A stretch of DNA of 38,661 bases from an uncultured Campylobacter sp. (lineage in GTDB: Bacteria; Campylobacterota; Campylobacteria; Campylobacterales; Campylobacteraceae), in assembly GCF_937997465.1 (NCBI RefSeq), contig NZ_CALKTQ010000174.1:1-38661 (forward strand), in the 5' to 3' direction. Of this stretch, positions 18,393 through 26,439 are shown in pieces. A program made the position numbers and the translations under genes. Within the stretch, counting starts at the first letter, position 1; each line of letters starts with the position of its first letter. The notes under the pieces are model-generated. The model was given only the letters and a program-made list of their open reading frames with translations. It was not told where the DNA came from and made no database searches.

Positions 18393-19502
18393 CTAAAAAT
18401 TATCGCCCTGCCCGTTTAGCAGCTTATCCACGACGTAAACGGCGATCTTTTTAGCGCCGTTCATGCTGATGTGCATGCCGTCGTCCTTGCGCAGCGGCTT
18501 TTTGTCCGCGCCCTCTTTTAGATACTTGCCGTTATCGCAGATCGCGCCGCTGATATCGATGTAGCGCGCGCCGTATTTTTGCGCCGAGTCCTTATAGATC
18601 AGGTTTAGCGCCTTCATTTTTTTGTCGAATTTCTCGCTCTTCATGCACGGTACTCCCAGCCACACGACCTGCGCGCCGTGCTGCCCTGCGATCTCGTAGA
18701 TCTCGGCGATCCTGCCCTCATACGCCTCGCGCCATGCGTCGGTGCCAAAGTCTAACGCCTGCTCGTCAAAGGTGTAGCTATAAGCGTCGTTTGCGCCAAA
18801 AAGCGCGAATATCAGCAGATTTTGCGGGCGATTTTCTAGGCCTGCTAGTGCCGCTTTTAGCTCCTCGCTCCAGTCGTAAAATTTCTTATTTGTTAGCCCC
18901 GTGCTTGCTTTTGCCATATTTTTGATTGAGATTTTGCTCGTTTTTAGTGCGTTTTCAAAGCCCCAGCCAAAGCCTTGCATTATGGAGTCGCCTATCAAAA
19001 TGACGCCTAAATTTTCATTTAGCTCGATATCAAAAGCCGCGGATTTATTTGTTTTATTTGGAGCACTCGGCGTTAAATTTGACGCTATCGAGCCGTTTTT
19101 ATCTAAATTTAAAGCGGTTTTAGCGGGAGAAATTTGAGCGGTTTGCGCCGTCAAATTTACCTCTTTTACCGTGCCGATACTAGGTGTTAAATTTTGCGTA
19201 TTTTGAGCGTTTAAATTTGCGGGTTCGGTTTGCGAGGCGGTTAAATTTTGCTCCGTTTTAGCACTAGTTGCGACCTGTTTTTTATCGCCCGAAAAAGTGC
19301 TAGTAAGTTTATCGATGGCCGATTTTACGCTTTGCAAGCCATCCTCGGCCGCGTTTATAAATTTATCGCTCAGCGCCATCGCGCGCTCGTCCGTGATGAA
19401 AAAATCCTTTTGATATTTGGCTTCGTAATAGTTTGACAGCGGTCGCAAAAATAGCGCAATCAGCGTAAAAAACGCGAGAAATACCCCAAAAAACGCTCTC
19501 AT
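18393..19502 (-). CDS. patB: SGNH/GDSL hydrolase (DUF459), PatB-like peptidoglycan O-acetyltransferase
   Basis: LIGDS, STGL, FGAND and DGMH SGNH blocks; N-terminal anchor; 1-nt overlap with the MBOAT gene. Confidence 0.8.
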   Translation of the reverse strand: MRAFFGVFLAFFTLIALFLRPLSNYYEAKYQKDFFITDERAMALSDKFINAAEDGLQSVKSAIDKLTSTFSGDKKQVATSAKTEQNLTASQTEPANLNAQNTQNLTPSIGTVKEVNLTAQTAQISPAKTALNLDKNGSIASNLTPSAPNKTNKSAAFDIELNENLGVILIGDSIMQGFGWGFENALKTSKISIKNMAKASTGLTNKKFYDWSEELKAALAGLENRPQNLLIFALFGANDAYSYTFDEQALDFGTDAWREAYEGRIAEIYEIAGQHGAQVVWLGVPCMKSEKFDKKMKALNLIYKDSAQKYGARYIDISGAICDNGKYLKEGADKKPLRKDDGMHISMNGAKKIAVYVVDKLLNGQGDNF

Positions 19503-20836
19503 TAAAATCCTTGATATATAAAGTTAGGCATACCGGACGGCATCAAAAAGTAAATAATTATCCCAAAAATCACCAAAAAAACGGCTGAAAAAAGGGCGTT
19601 TATATTCTCAAAAAATTTAACTAAAATCGGATAAACGTCAAGCGCGGCGTATAAAAATACAAAGACAAAAACGCCCGCAAACAGCGTGCAAATGGCAAGA
19701 AGCTCGCCGCCGGAGTTTCTAAAAATAGCTCTGATGTAGCGCACCGCTCCCTCAAAATCCATCGTGAAAAAGACCCAAACCATACTCACGAAAATAAACG
19801 TAAAATATCGCCCCAGCATCGCCGAGTTTAGCCATTTGCGCTCGCTAGTTAAGTTTAAAAACACGACTCCAAGGCCATGGATGAGCCCCCAGAGTAAAAA
19901 GCTAAGCCCCGCTCCATGCCAGACGCCCGAGATCGCAAAGACTAGCATCACGTTTAGCTGTGTTTGCGCCGCCGTGCCGCGACTGCCTCCCAGTGGGAAA
20001 TAGACGCACTCTTTGAAAAAATTCATAAGGCTGATGTGCCAATTTTGCCAGAAAATTTTTAAATTTCGCGCCGTAAAAGGGCGGTTGAAGTTTTGCGGTA
20101 AAACAAAGCCGCACATGAGTCCAAGCGCCGTTACGAAGTCCACGTAACCGCTAAAATCGGCGTAAAGCAGCACGCTGTAGCCAAAAAGAGCGCCTAGAAG
20201 CTGTGAGGCGGGTAGGGTGGGCGCGGCAAAAACGGGATTAATTATCTCGAAAAGATGATTTGCGACGATGAGTTTTTTAAAAAGCGCGGAGCACAAAAGC
20301 GCGAATATGGCGGGGCTAGCGCAAAAAACCTTGGTAGAGTTTAGCGTCTCGAAAAAGGGCTTTGGCCGCAAAATCGGGCCCGAAATAATCGCGGCAAAAA
20401 AGCTAAGAAAAATCAGCGTATCAATGTAGCCGAGCGCCTCTAACTCGCCCTCTCGCACGGCCTTTAGCAGCAAGATGCTCATAAACGAATAAAACGAAAT
20501 GCCAAGCGGAAGCGCGATGGTTTCAAGTCTCATGACGCCAAATTTGATCGTAAAATAGCCGCCGTATTTAAAAAACGCAAGCGCGCAAAGCACGAAAATA
20601 ACGCCGGCGGCAAACGAAATCGCGGAATCCTTGTTCTCGCTCGCCCTGGCAAAAAGAAAAATCGCCGTGCTAAAGATAAAATTTATGATTAGAAATTTAA
20701 GTCCGAACGAGGCTAAAAATAGATAAGAAAAAGCGAGTAAAACGACTTTTTGTAGGTGCGGGCGAGCGTTTAAAAAATAATAAATCGGCCAAAAAATAAA
20801 AAAGCACAAGCCAAATTCTATGGAAAAAAGATTCAT
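19502..20836 (-). CDS. patA: MBOAT O-acyltransferase, PatA/AlgI-like
   Basis: LPLGISFYSF, YADFSGY, NFNRP, FWQNWHISL, SGVWHGA and FIYQGF motifs. Confidence 0.88.
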   Translation of the reverse strand: MNLFSIEFGLCFFIFWPIYYFLNARPHLQKVVLLAFSYLFLASFGLKFLIINFIFSTAIFLFARASENKDSAISFAAGVIFVLCALAFFKYGGYFTIKFGVMRLETIALPLGISFYSFMSILLLKAVREGELEALGYIDTLIFLSFFAAIISGPILRPKPFFETLNSTKVFCASPAIFALLCSALFKKLIVANHLFEIINPVFAAPTLPASQLLGALFGYSVLLYADFSGYVDFVTALGLMCGFVLPQNFNRPFTARNLKIFWQNWHISLMNFFKECVYFPLGGSRGTAAQTQLNVMLVFAISGVWHGAGLSFLLWGLIHGLGVVFLNLTSERKWLNSAMLGRYFTFIFVSMVWVFFTMDFEGAVRYIRAIFRNSGGELLAICTLFAGVFVFVFLYAALDVYPILVKFFENINALFSAVFLVIFGIIIYFLMPSGMPNFIYQGF

Positions 20837-20995
20837 ATCCCGCCTAAATTTTTGCGTAATTATATAAAAAAATTATTTTGGATTAGGTTAAATTTACGTT
20901 TGACGGGAATTTAAAATTTGAGTTTAAAACGGCTCAAATTCGCGTCCAAATTTGAGCCCTAAATTTCTCGCCCTCTTGCGAAAATCAGCTAAAAT

Positions 20996-21463
20996 TTAAA
21001 GCCGCTCTATCGCCACGAGTACGTTTACAGCGTCGTTTGCAGGCTCGGCTACGTCGTTAAATCTTTTTACGACTTCGCCGTTTTTGATAATTAGAGTTTG
21101 GCGGCGGTAAAATTTCTTGCCGTCGTTCGTGGTAAAAGTTTGTAAATTTAACGGAGATTCTAGCTCAAAGTTCTCATCGCTTAAAAAGATAAAATTTGCG
21201 CCTACGCTTTGTTTAAACTCGTTCATCTTTTCTACGCTTTGAGAGCCGACGGCGATTAGCGTAAAGCCCGCAGATTCTAGCTTTGCAAGGTTTTCCTGGT
21301 AGGCTTTGCACTGAAGCGTGCAGCCCGTTAGCCCCTTTAAATCCTTTAAATTTTCAGGCAAAAACTTCCCGCTCTCGCCCATTTTCGGATATGTAAAAAC
21401 TATGCAGTTTTTGCCGCCTATTAGCTCGTCAAATTTGACCGGATTTGCGTTTATATCTTTCAT
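20996..21463 (-). CDS. Peroxiredoxin/redoxin (AhpC/TSA, BCP-like)
   Basis: FTYP...TGCTLQC, FLSD, RQTLII; thioredoxin-fold pattern. Confidence 0.75.
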   Translation of the reverse strand: MKDINANPVKFDELIGGKNCIVFTYPKMGESGKFLPENLKDLKGLTGCTLQCKAYQENLAKLESAGFTLIAVGSQSVEKMNEFKQSVGANFIFLSDENFELESPLNLQTFTTNDGKKFYRRQTLIIKNGEVVKRFNDVAEPANDAVNVLVAIERL

Positions 21464-22134
21464 TGCGTCCTCTTTGAGTGTGAATTATTAAAAAAATAGA
21501 CTAAAAATAGCACCGCAAAGCTTATAAACAGCATAATCGCCGAATAAACGTGCGCCTTAGTATAGTCCATGAGCTCGACGGCCTCGTAGATGGCGATGCT
21601 GGCGACTTTGGTTTTGTCTCCGACGCTACCGCCTATCATCAGCACGACGCCAAACTCGCCCAAGGTATGCGCAAAACTCACTATGAGAGCGGTTAAAAGC
21701 GAGGGTTTGATGTTTGGCAGAGCGACCCTAAAAAGCGTCTCCCATTTGCCTTTGCCTAGCGAATAGCTCGCCTCAAAAAGGCTCTTTGGCAGGCTCGCAA
21801 AGCCCGCCTGAAGCGGCTGAAACATAAATGGTAGCGAGTAAATGCAACTAGCGATGATGAGGCCTGAAAAGTTAAAAACCAAGCGGATATCAAAGGTTTC
21901 CTCAAAAAATTTGCCTAAAAAATTATAAGGCGAGAGAAAAACCAGCATATAAAATCCCAGCACCGAAGGCGGCAGCACGAGAGGCAGCGAGATCACGGCT
22001 TCTAGCACGGGTTTAAATTTAAAACTCGCACGGCTAAGCCAAAACGCAACCGGCAACACGAGAAAAAACAAGATCGCAGTCGAGATAAAAGCAAGCTTTA
22101 GCGAGAGGTAAAAGGGCGTAAAATCGATATTCAT
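21460..22134 (-). CDS. modB: Molybdate ABC transporter permease
   Basis: LPLVLPPSVLGF, EASYSLG (EAA loop), FAHTLGEFG. Confidence 0.95.
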   Translation of the reverse strand: MNIDFTPFYLSLKLAFISTAILFFLVLPVAFWLSRASFKFKPVLEAVISLPLVLPPSVLGFYMLVFLSPYNFLGKFFEETFDIRLVFNFSGLIIASCIYSLPFMFQPLQAGFASLPKSLFEASYSLGKGKWETLFRVALPNIKPSLLTALIVSFAHTLGEFGVVLMIGGSVGDKTKVASIAIYEAVELMDYTKAHVYSAIMLFISFAVLFLVYFFNNSHSKRTQ

Positions 22135-23051
22135 CTCGGCTCGCTTTGCGCGTAAATTTCAGCGTTTCGTTCGTCAAATTTGTCGTTTTCGCTACCGCTT
22201 TTTTGCAAATTTAGCCCAAACGCCTTGGCACTTATTGCCGCTTCGTCGCCCGCTTTTAAATTTGCAGCTTCCGCCGCGCTTAGAGCCACCTCGCAAAGCT
22301 GCTGACCGACGGGAACGACGGCTACGTAGATGGCGTCGTGCTTTGATATCTCTAAAATTTTAACCGGCAGGCTAAATTTCTGCGAGCCGCTGTGGCGCAA
22401 AAATATCTCGCCCGGGCTGCCTTCTTGCGCGATTTTACCGCCGTCAAGCACGAAAACTTTTGAGGCGAGTTTGTAGATCTCCGCGACGTCGTGACTGACC
22501 AAAATCGTCGTCATATCAAACTCGGCGTGCACCTTGGCAAGGTAGTCTTGCAGCTTTTCGCGCATGGCGTTATCAAGGGCCGAGAGCGGCTCGTCGAGGA
22601 GTAAAATTTCTGGCTTTCGCATTAGGGCGCGGGCTAGGGCGGCGCGCTGCTTTTGACCGCCCGAGAGCTGCGAGATGGCGGCGTTTTCTAGCGAGCTCAT
22701 CTCGACGAGACCCAGCAGTTTGCGGGCTAAATTTACGTCGTGATTTGCAAAAAGCAGATTTTTCATCACGTTCATATTTGGAAAAAGCGCGTAGTCTTGA
22801 AATAAAAACCCGATATTTCGGCTTTGGGGCGGTGTGAAGTTTTTACCGTCAAATAGCGTCTGGCCGCCTGCTTTTATCGTTCCGCTATCAGGCGTTTCAA
22901 AGCCCGCGATTAGCCGCAGTATCGTAGTTTTGCCGCTACCGCTTTTGCCGTAAAGAGCGACGAATTCGCCCTTTTTTACGTTCAAATTTACATCTAAATC
23001 AAATTTCCCGTTTGCGCCGTTTAGGCTTTTTATGCAGTCTAGTTCTATCAT
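22131..23051 (-). CDS. modC: Molybdate ABC transporter ATP-binding protein
   Basis: GKSGSGKT, LSGGQKQR, LLLDEP; C-terminal TOBE-like region. Confidence 0.92.
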   Translation of the reverse strand: MIELDCIKSLNGANGKFDLDVNLNVKKGEFVALYGKSGSGKTTILRLIAGFETPDSGTIKAGGQTLFDGKNFTPPQSRNIGFLFQDYALFPNMNVMKNLLFANHDVNLARKLLGLVEMSSLENAAISQLSGGQKQRAALARALMRKPEILLLDEPLSALDNAMREKLQDYLAKVHAEFDMTTILVSHDVAEIYKLASKVFVLDGGKIAQEGSPGEIFLRHSGSQKFSLPVKILEISKHDAIYVAVVPVGQQLCEVALSAAEAANLKAGDEAAISAKAFGLNLQKSGSENDKFDERNAEIYAQSEPR

Positions 23052-23428
23052 GCGATGTAGAGCGAGGTTGCCTTGACGTAGGCGTAAATTTGATCGCCGA
23101 GCGCTAAATTTAGCCGCTTTAGCGATGCCGTGGAGATGATGCTTTCAAACTCAAATTTGCCCGCATTTAGATGCAGCGAGCTTGTGATCTCGCCTTTTTG
23201 GATATCTGAAATCTCGGCTTTTATCTCGTTTGAGACCGAGCAGTTTAAAAGCGGGGAGGTAGCGACGAAGACGTCCGAGCTTTTAAAGCCTAGCCAAACT
23301 TCGTCGCCGATTTTTAAATTTTGCAGATTTTCCAAGGATAGCATTTTTAGGCTTAAATTTTCGGCGCTAAACTCAAAAACGCTAACGCCGTCGTTTTGCT
23401 CTATTGCCGAAATTTTAGCCTTTATCAC
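23048..23428 (-). CDS. TOBE/Mop domain protein
   Basis: FKSSDV, SVSNEI, SIIST and YVKAT TOBE patterns; inside the mod operon. Confidence 0.85.
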   Translation of the reverse strand: MIKAKISAIEQNDGVSVFEFSAENLSLKMLSLENLQNLKIGDEVWLGFKSSDVFVATSPLLNCSVSNEIKAEISDIQKGEITSSLHLNAGKFEFESIISTASLKRLNLALGDQIYAYVKATSLYIA

Positions 23429-24174
23429 GGGACGACGTATCCGAATTTTCTAAAGATTTCCTTCGCGCGGTCGCTTCTGATGAAGTCGTAGAAAGCTTTT
23501 GCTTCAGGATTGTTTTCGCCGTGTTTTAGGACAACCATGCCTTGGTCGATCGGAGTGTAAAGCGCGGGATCTATAAGGATAAAGTTTTTACCCTCTTTGT
23601 ACTCGGCCATTTTTTTATCGTGCATTGCAGAAGCCGCGATAAATCCGACATCCGCAGCGCTTAGAGCTTGACTTAGAGCCTCGCCGATAGATTTTGCTAG
23701 GATGACGTTTTTCTCGACTTTATCGTAGATGCCCGCTTTTTTTAGAGCTTCGACGCTAGCTTTGCCGTACGGAGCGGTTTCAGGGTTTGCGATCGCGATG
23801 GCTTTTAGGCCTTCTACCGCGTGTATGCCCTTAGCTAGATCGATATCTCTGATCGTAAATAGAGCAAGCGCGCCCTGAGCGTATACTACGGGCTGGGTTA
23901 CGGCAAATTTGGTGTCATATAGGTCTTGTACGAATTTCATATTTGCAGCCATGAAAACGTCCGCCGGAGCGCCGTTTTTGACCTGAGTAGATAGCGCGCC
24001 GCTAGCTCCTAGAGTGACAGTTACTTTGGTGTCGGGATTTGATTTAGCAAACTCCGCTTTTAACTCGTCAAACGCGTAAGTGACGTTTGCAGCGGCAAAT
24101 ACGTTGATCTCACCAGCGTTTAGGTTAAAGGTGGCGATGGCCGCGACTACTAGCGAAAAAAATGTTTTTTTCAT
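23425..24174 (-). CDS. modA: Molybdate ABC transporter substrate-binding protein
   Basis: Signal peptide, VFAAA, GASG, GAPADVF, IANPETAPYG. Confidence 0.95.
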   Translation of the reverse strand: MKKTFFSLVVAAIATFNLNAGEINVFAAANVTYAFDELKAEFAKSNPDTKVTVTLGASGALSTQVKNGAPADVFMAANMKFVQDLYDTKFAVTQPVVYAQGALALFTIRDIDLAKGIHAVEGLKAIAIANPETAPYGKASVEALKKAGIYDKVEKNVILAKSIGEALSQALSAADVGFIAASAMHDKKMAEYKEGKNFILIDPALYTPIDQGMVVLKHGENNPEAKAFYDFIRSDRAKEIFRKFGYVVP

Positions 24175-24176
24175 TT

Positions 24177-24959
24177 TTATACTCCTACTATGATTTGACT
24201 TGCTTTGATGATAGCGGTGAGCTCGTCGCCCACGCCGATTTTCATATCCATCGCGCTATCTTTGGTGATGATAGAGGTTATCGTCTGATGATTGCTGATT
24301 TCTAGCACGATTTCGGCGTTTACCGAGCCGATTTTGGCCTCGATCACGCGTCCTTTTAGTAAATTTGCCGCGCTTAGTTTTAGATTTTCCTCTTTTGCGA
24401 ACATTACGCTTGGAGCTTTAAAGATAAATACGACCTTTTTGCCGACTTTTAAATTTAGATTTTTTTCAGACTCGACCGTGACGTTGGCGCGTAAAATTTC
24501 GCCGTTTGAGAGTTTGGCGCTGATTTGCGAATTTACCGCGCCCGTTTTTACTTCGGTTATCTCACAGCTTAGTTGGTTTCGCGCGCTTAGACTCATGCTC
24601 ATGCGCTGTAAATTTAAAATTTCGTTCGTATCGACGTTTATATTTGAACAAACTTTTTCTAAAAATATCTTTTGGCTCTCTAGCATCGCGTCGTATAGCG
24701 CGATCATCTTTTTGCCGTACGGCGTGAGCTCCGAGCCGCTGTTTTTCTTGTTGCCTTCGGCTCTTGCGATTAGCGGTTCGTCCGAGCGGTTATTTAGCGC
24801 GTCTAGGCTGTCCCATGCGTTTTTGTACGAGATGCCGACATACTCGGCTGCTTTTGTTATGCTTTTGGTGTGCTCGACGGCCTTTAAAAGCTCTATATGC
24901 TTGGCTAACACCGATACGCCACTATCTAAAAATAGCTCTAAACTAACGTCTGCTTTCAT
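24177..24959 (-). CDS. modE: Molybdate-responsive regulator ModE (wHTH plus two TOBE domains)
   Basis: SITKAAEYVGISYKNAW HTH, SARNQL, two Mop repeats. Confidence 0.93.
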   Translation of the reverse strand: MKADVSLELFLDSGVSVLAKHIELLKAVEHTKSITKAAEYVGISYKNAWDSLDALNNRSDEPLIARAEGNKKNSGSELTPYGKKMIALYDAMLESQKIFLEKVCSNINVDTNEILNLQRMSMSLSARNQLSCEITEVKTGAVNSQISAKLSNGEILRANVTVESEKNLNLKVGKKVVFIFKAPSVMFAKEENLKLSAANLLKGRVIEAKIGSVNAEIVLEISNHQTITSIITKDSAMDMKIGVGDELTAIIKASQIIVGV

Positions 24960-25006
24960 GAAAATCTCCCAAATTTATCAGTATAAAAAAATAATTTGCT
25001 AGGAAG

Positions 25007-25023
25007 TATATTTAAATATATAT
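25007..25023. promoter_or_regulatory. Putative ModE operator
   Basis: TATAT-TTAAATA-TATAT fits TATAT-N7-TAYAT, 48 nt upstream of modE. AT-rich context lowers specificity. Confidence 0.55.
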
Positions 25024-25141
25024 GAAAAATAACTTAAATAAACTTCGTAATACCGGGCATTTTGAAATTTATAAATTTAAAAGCTACATTGAGATAAAAT
25101 CCTAAGTTACTGCCTTTGCAGACTTGAAATTCGGAGATTTG

Positions 25142-25843
25142 ATGAGAAAATTTTTACTCTCTCTTTTGCTTTTTTTTAGTTGCGTTTTTGCCGAACAAAC
25201 GCAAGAAAAGAGCGAATTTGACGACGAATTTACCCAGCCTAGCGAGATTTTCGATCCGCTTAGCGGTTATAATAGAATGATGACAGGGTTTAATGATTTT
25301 ATGTACGTAAACGCCATCCATCCCGCGATAAAAGGCTACAACTACGTAGTGCCCGAGGCTGCCAGAACTGCGGTGGGAAATTTTTTTGACAACCTTTTAT
25401 ATCCCGTTCGCTTTGTAAATAACCTCTTGCAGTTTAAATTTAGCGAGGCCGGCGAAGAGACGCTGAGATTTTTAGCAAACACGATCATCGGCTTTGGCGG
25501 GCTAACCGACGGCGCGAAATACTACAATCTGCAGCGCCATGACGAGGATTTTGGCCAGACGCTTGGATACTGGGGCGTGGGTAGCGGGTTTCACGTGGTT
25601 TTACCGTTTATCGGCCCGTCAAATTTACGCGATATCGTCGGTCTAGTCGGCGATTATTATCTCGATCCCATCAGCTATGTAAAGCCGGCTCTAGACTCCT
25701 TTGCGATAAAAACTTTCCGTCAGGGCAACCTTTTGTCTTTACATCCAGATGCTTACGACAATCTTAAAAAAGACGCGATCGACCTGTATCCGTTTCTACG
25801 CGACGCCTACGAACAGCGCCGCAACCACTTAATAAAGGAATAA
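25142..25843 (+). CDS. mlaA: VacJ/MlaA family protein
   Basis: DPLSGYNR, EDFGQTLGYWGVGSG, LPFIGPSNLRD, YPFLRDAYEQRR. GGAG RBS favours ATG 25142. Confidence 0.92.
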   Translation: MRKFLLSLLLFFSCVFAEQTQEKSEFDDEFTQPSEIFDPLSGYNRMMTGFNDFMYVNAIHPAIKGYNYVVPEAARTAVGNFFDNLLYPVRFVNNLLQFKFSEAGEETLRFLANTIIGFGGLTDGAKYYNLQRHDEDFGQTLGYWGVGSGFHVVLPFIGPSNLRDIVGLVGDYYLDPISYVKPALDSFAIKTFRQGNLLSLHPDAYDNLKKDAIDLYPFLRDAYEQRRNHLIKE

Positions 25844-25844
25844 A

Positions 25845-26432
25845 ATGAAATTTTTAAAAATCATCCTGCTTGCGCTTTTTAGCGCGGTTAGCCTCTTTGC
25901 GATCAGCGAGGATCAGATAAAACCTACGATGCAAAAAACGACGCAAGACGCCATCGAGGTGCTAAAAAACGCAAATTTGAGCAAAGACGAGAAAATAAGT
26001 AAAATTTTCGCCGTTTTTGATCCATATTTCGACTACGAGCAGATGTCTAAAATCGCCCTAAACAAGCGCTACAACAACCTAAATGCCGAGCAAAAGGCTA
26101 AATTTAATAAAGCTTTTGAAGAGAGGTTAAAATCAAGTTACGTCGATAAACTTTTAAGCTATAAAAACCAAACTATAAATTTTAAAGACGCTACCAAACC
26201 AAACGAAAATCGCTACTTTCTAAACGCCGATCTAGTTGGCGAGGACGGTAAAAACTACGGCTTTACGTATAAATTTTACAACGCCAAAGAGCGTGGCTGG
26301 CTCATTTACGACGTCGAAATTTTAGGCGTTAGCATCATCCAGACCTACCGCAGTCAGTTTGATAGCTTGATGGAAAACGAGAGCTTTGAAAATTTGCTTA
26401 GCAAGCTAAACTCCGTCCAAGCTCCGCAATAA
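25845..26432 (+). CDS. mlaC: MlaC/Ttg2D phospholipid-binding periplasmic protein
   Basis: Signal peptide, FDYEQMSKIAL, WLIYDVEILGVSIIQTYRSQF. Confidence 0.9.
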   Translation: MKFLKIILLALFSAVSLFAISEDQIKPTMQKTTQDAIEVLKNANLSKDEKISKIFAVFDPYFDYEQMSKIALNKRYNNLNAEQKAKFNKAFEERLKSSYVDKLLSYKNQTINFKDATKPNENRYFLNADLVGEDGKNYGFTYKFYNAKERGWLIYDVEILGVSIIQTYRSQFDSLMENESFENLLSKLNSVQAPQ

Positions 26433-26439
26433 GGCGCTG

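Noticed and set aside
24292..25002. 236-aa plus-strand ORF
   Set aside because: Antisense shadow of modE with no recognisable motifs. The same applies to the other short track ORFs overlapping called genes (e.g. 8907-9434, 31538-31972).
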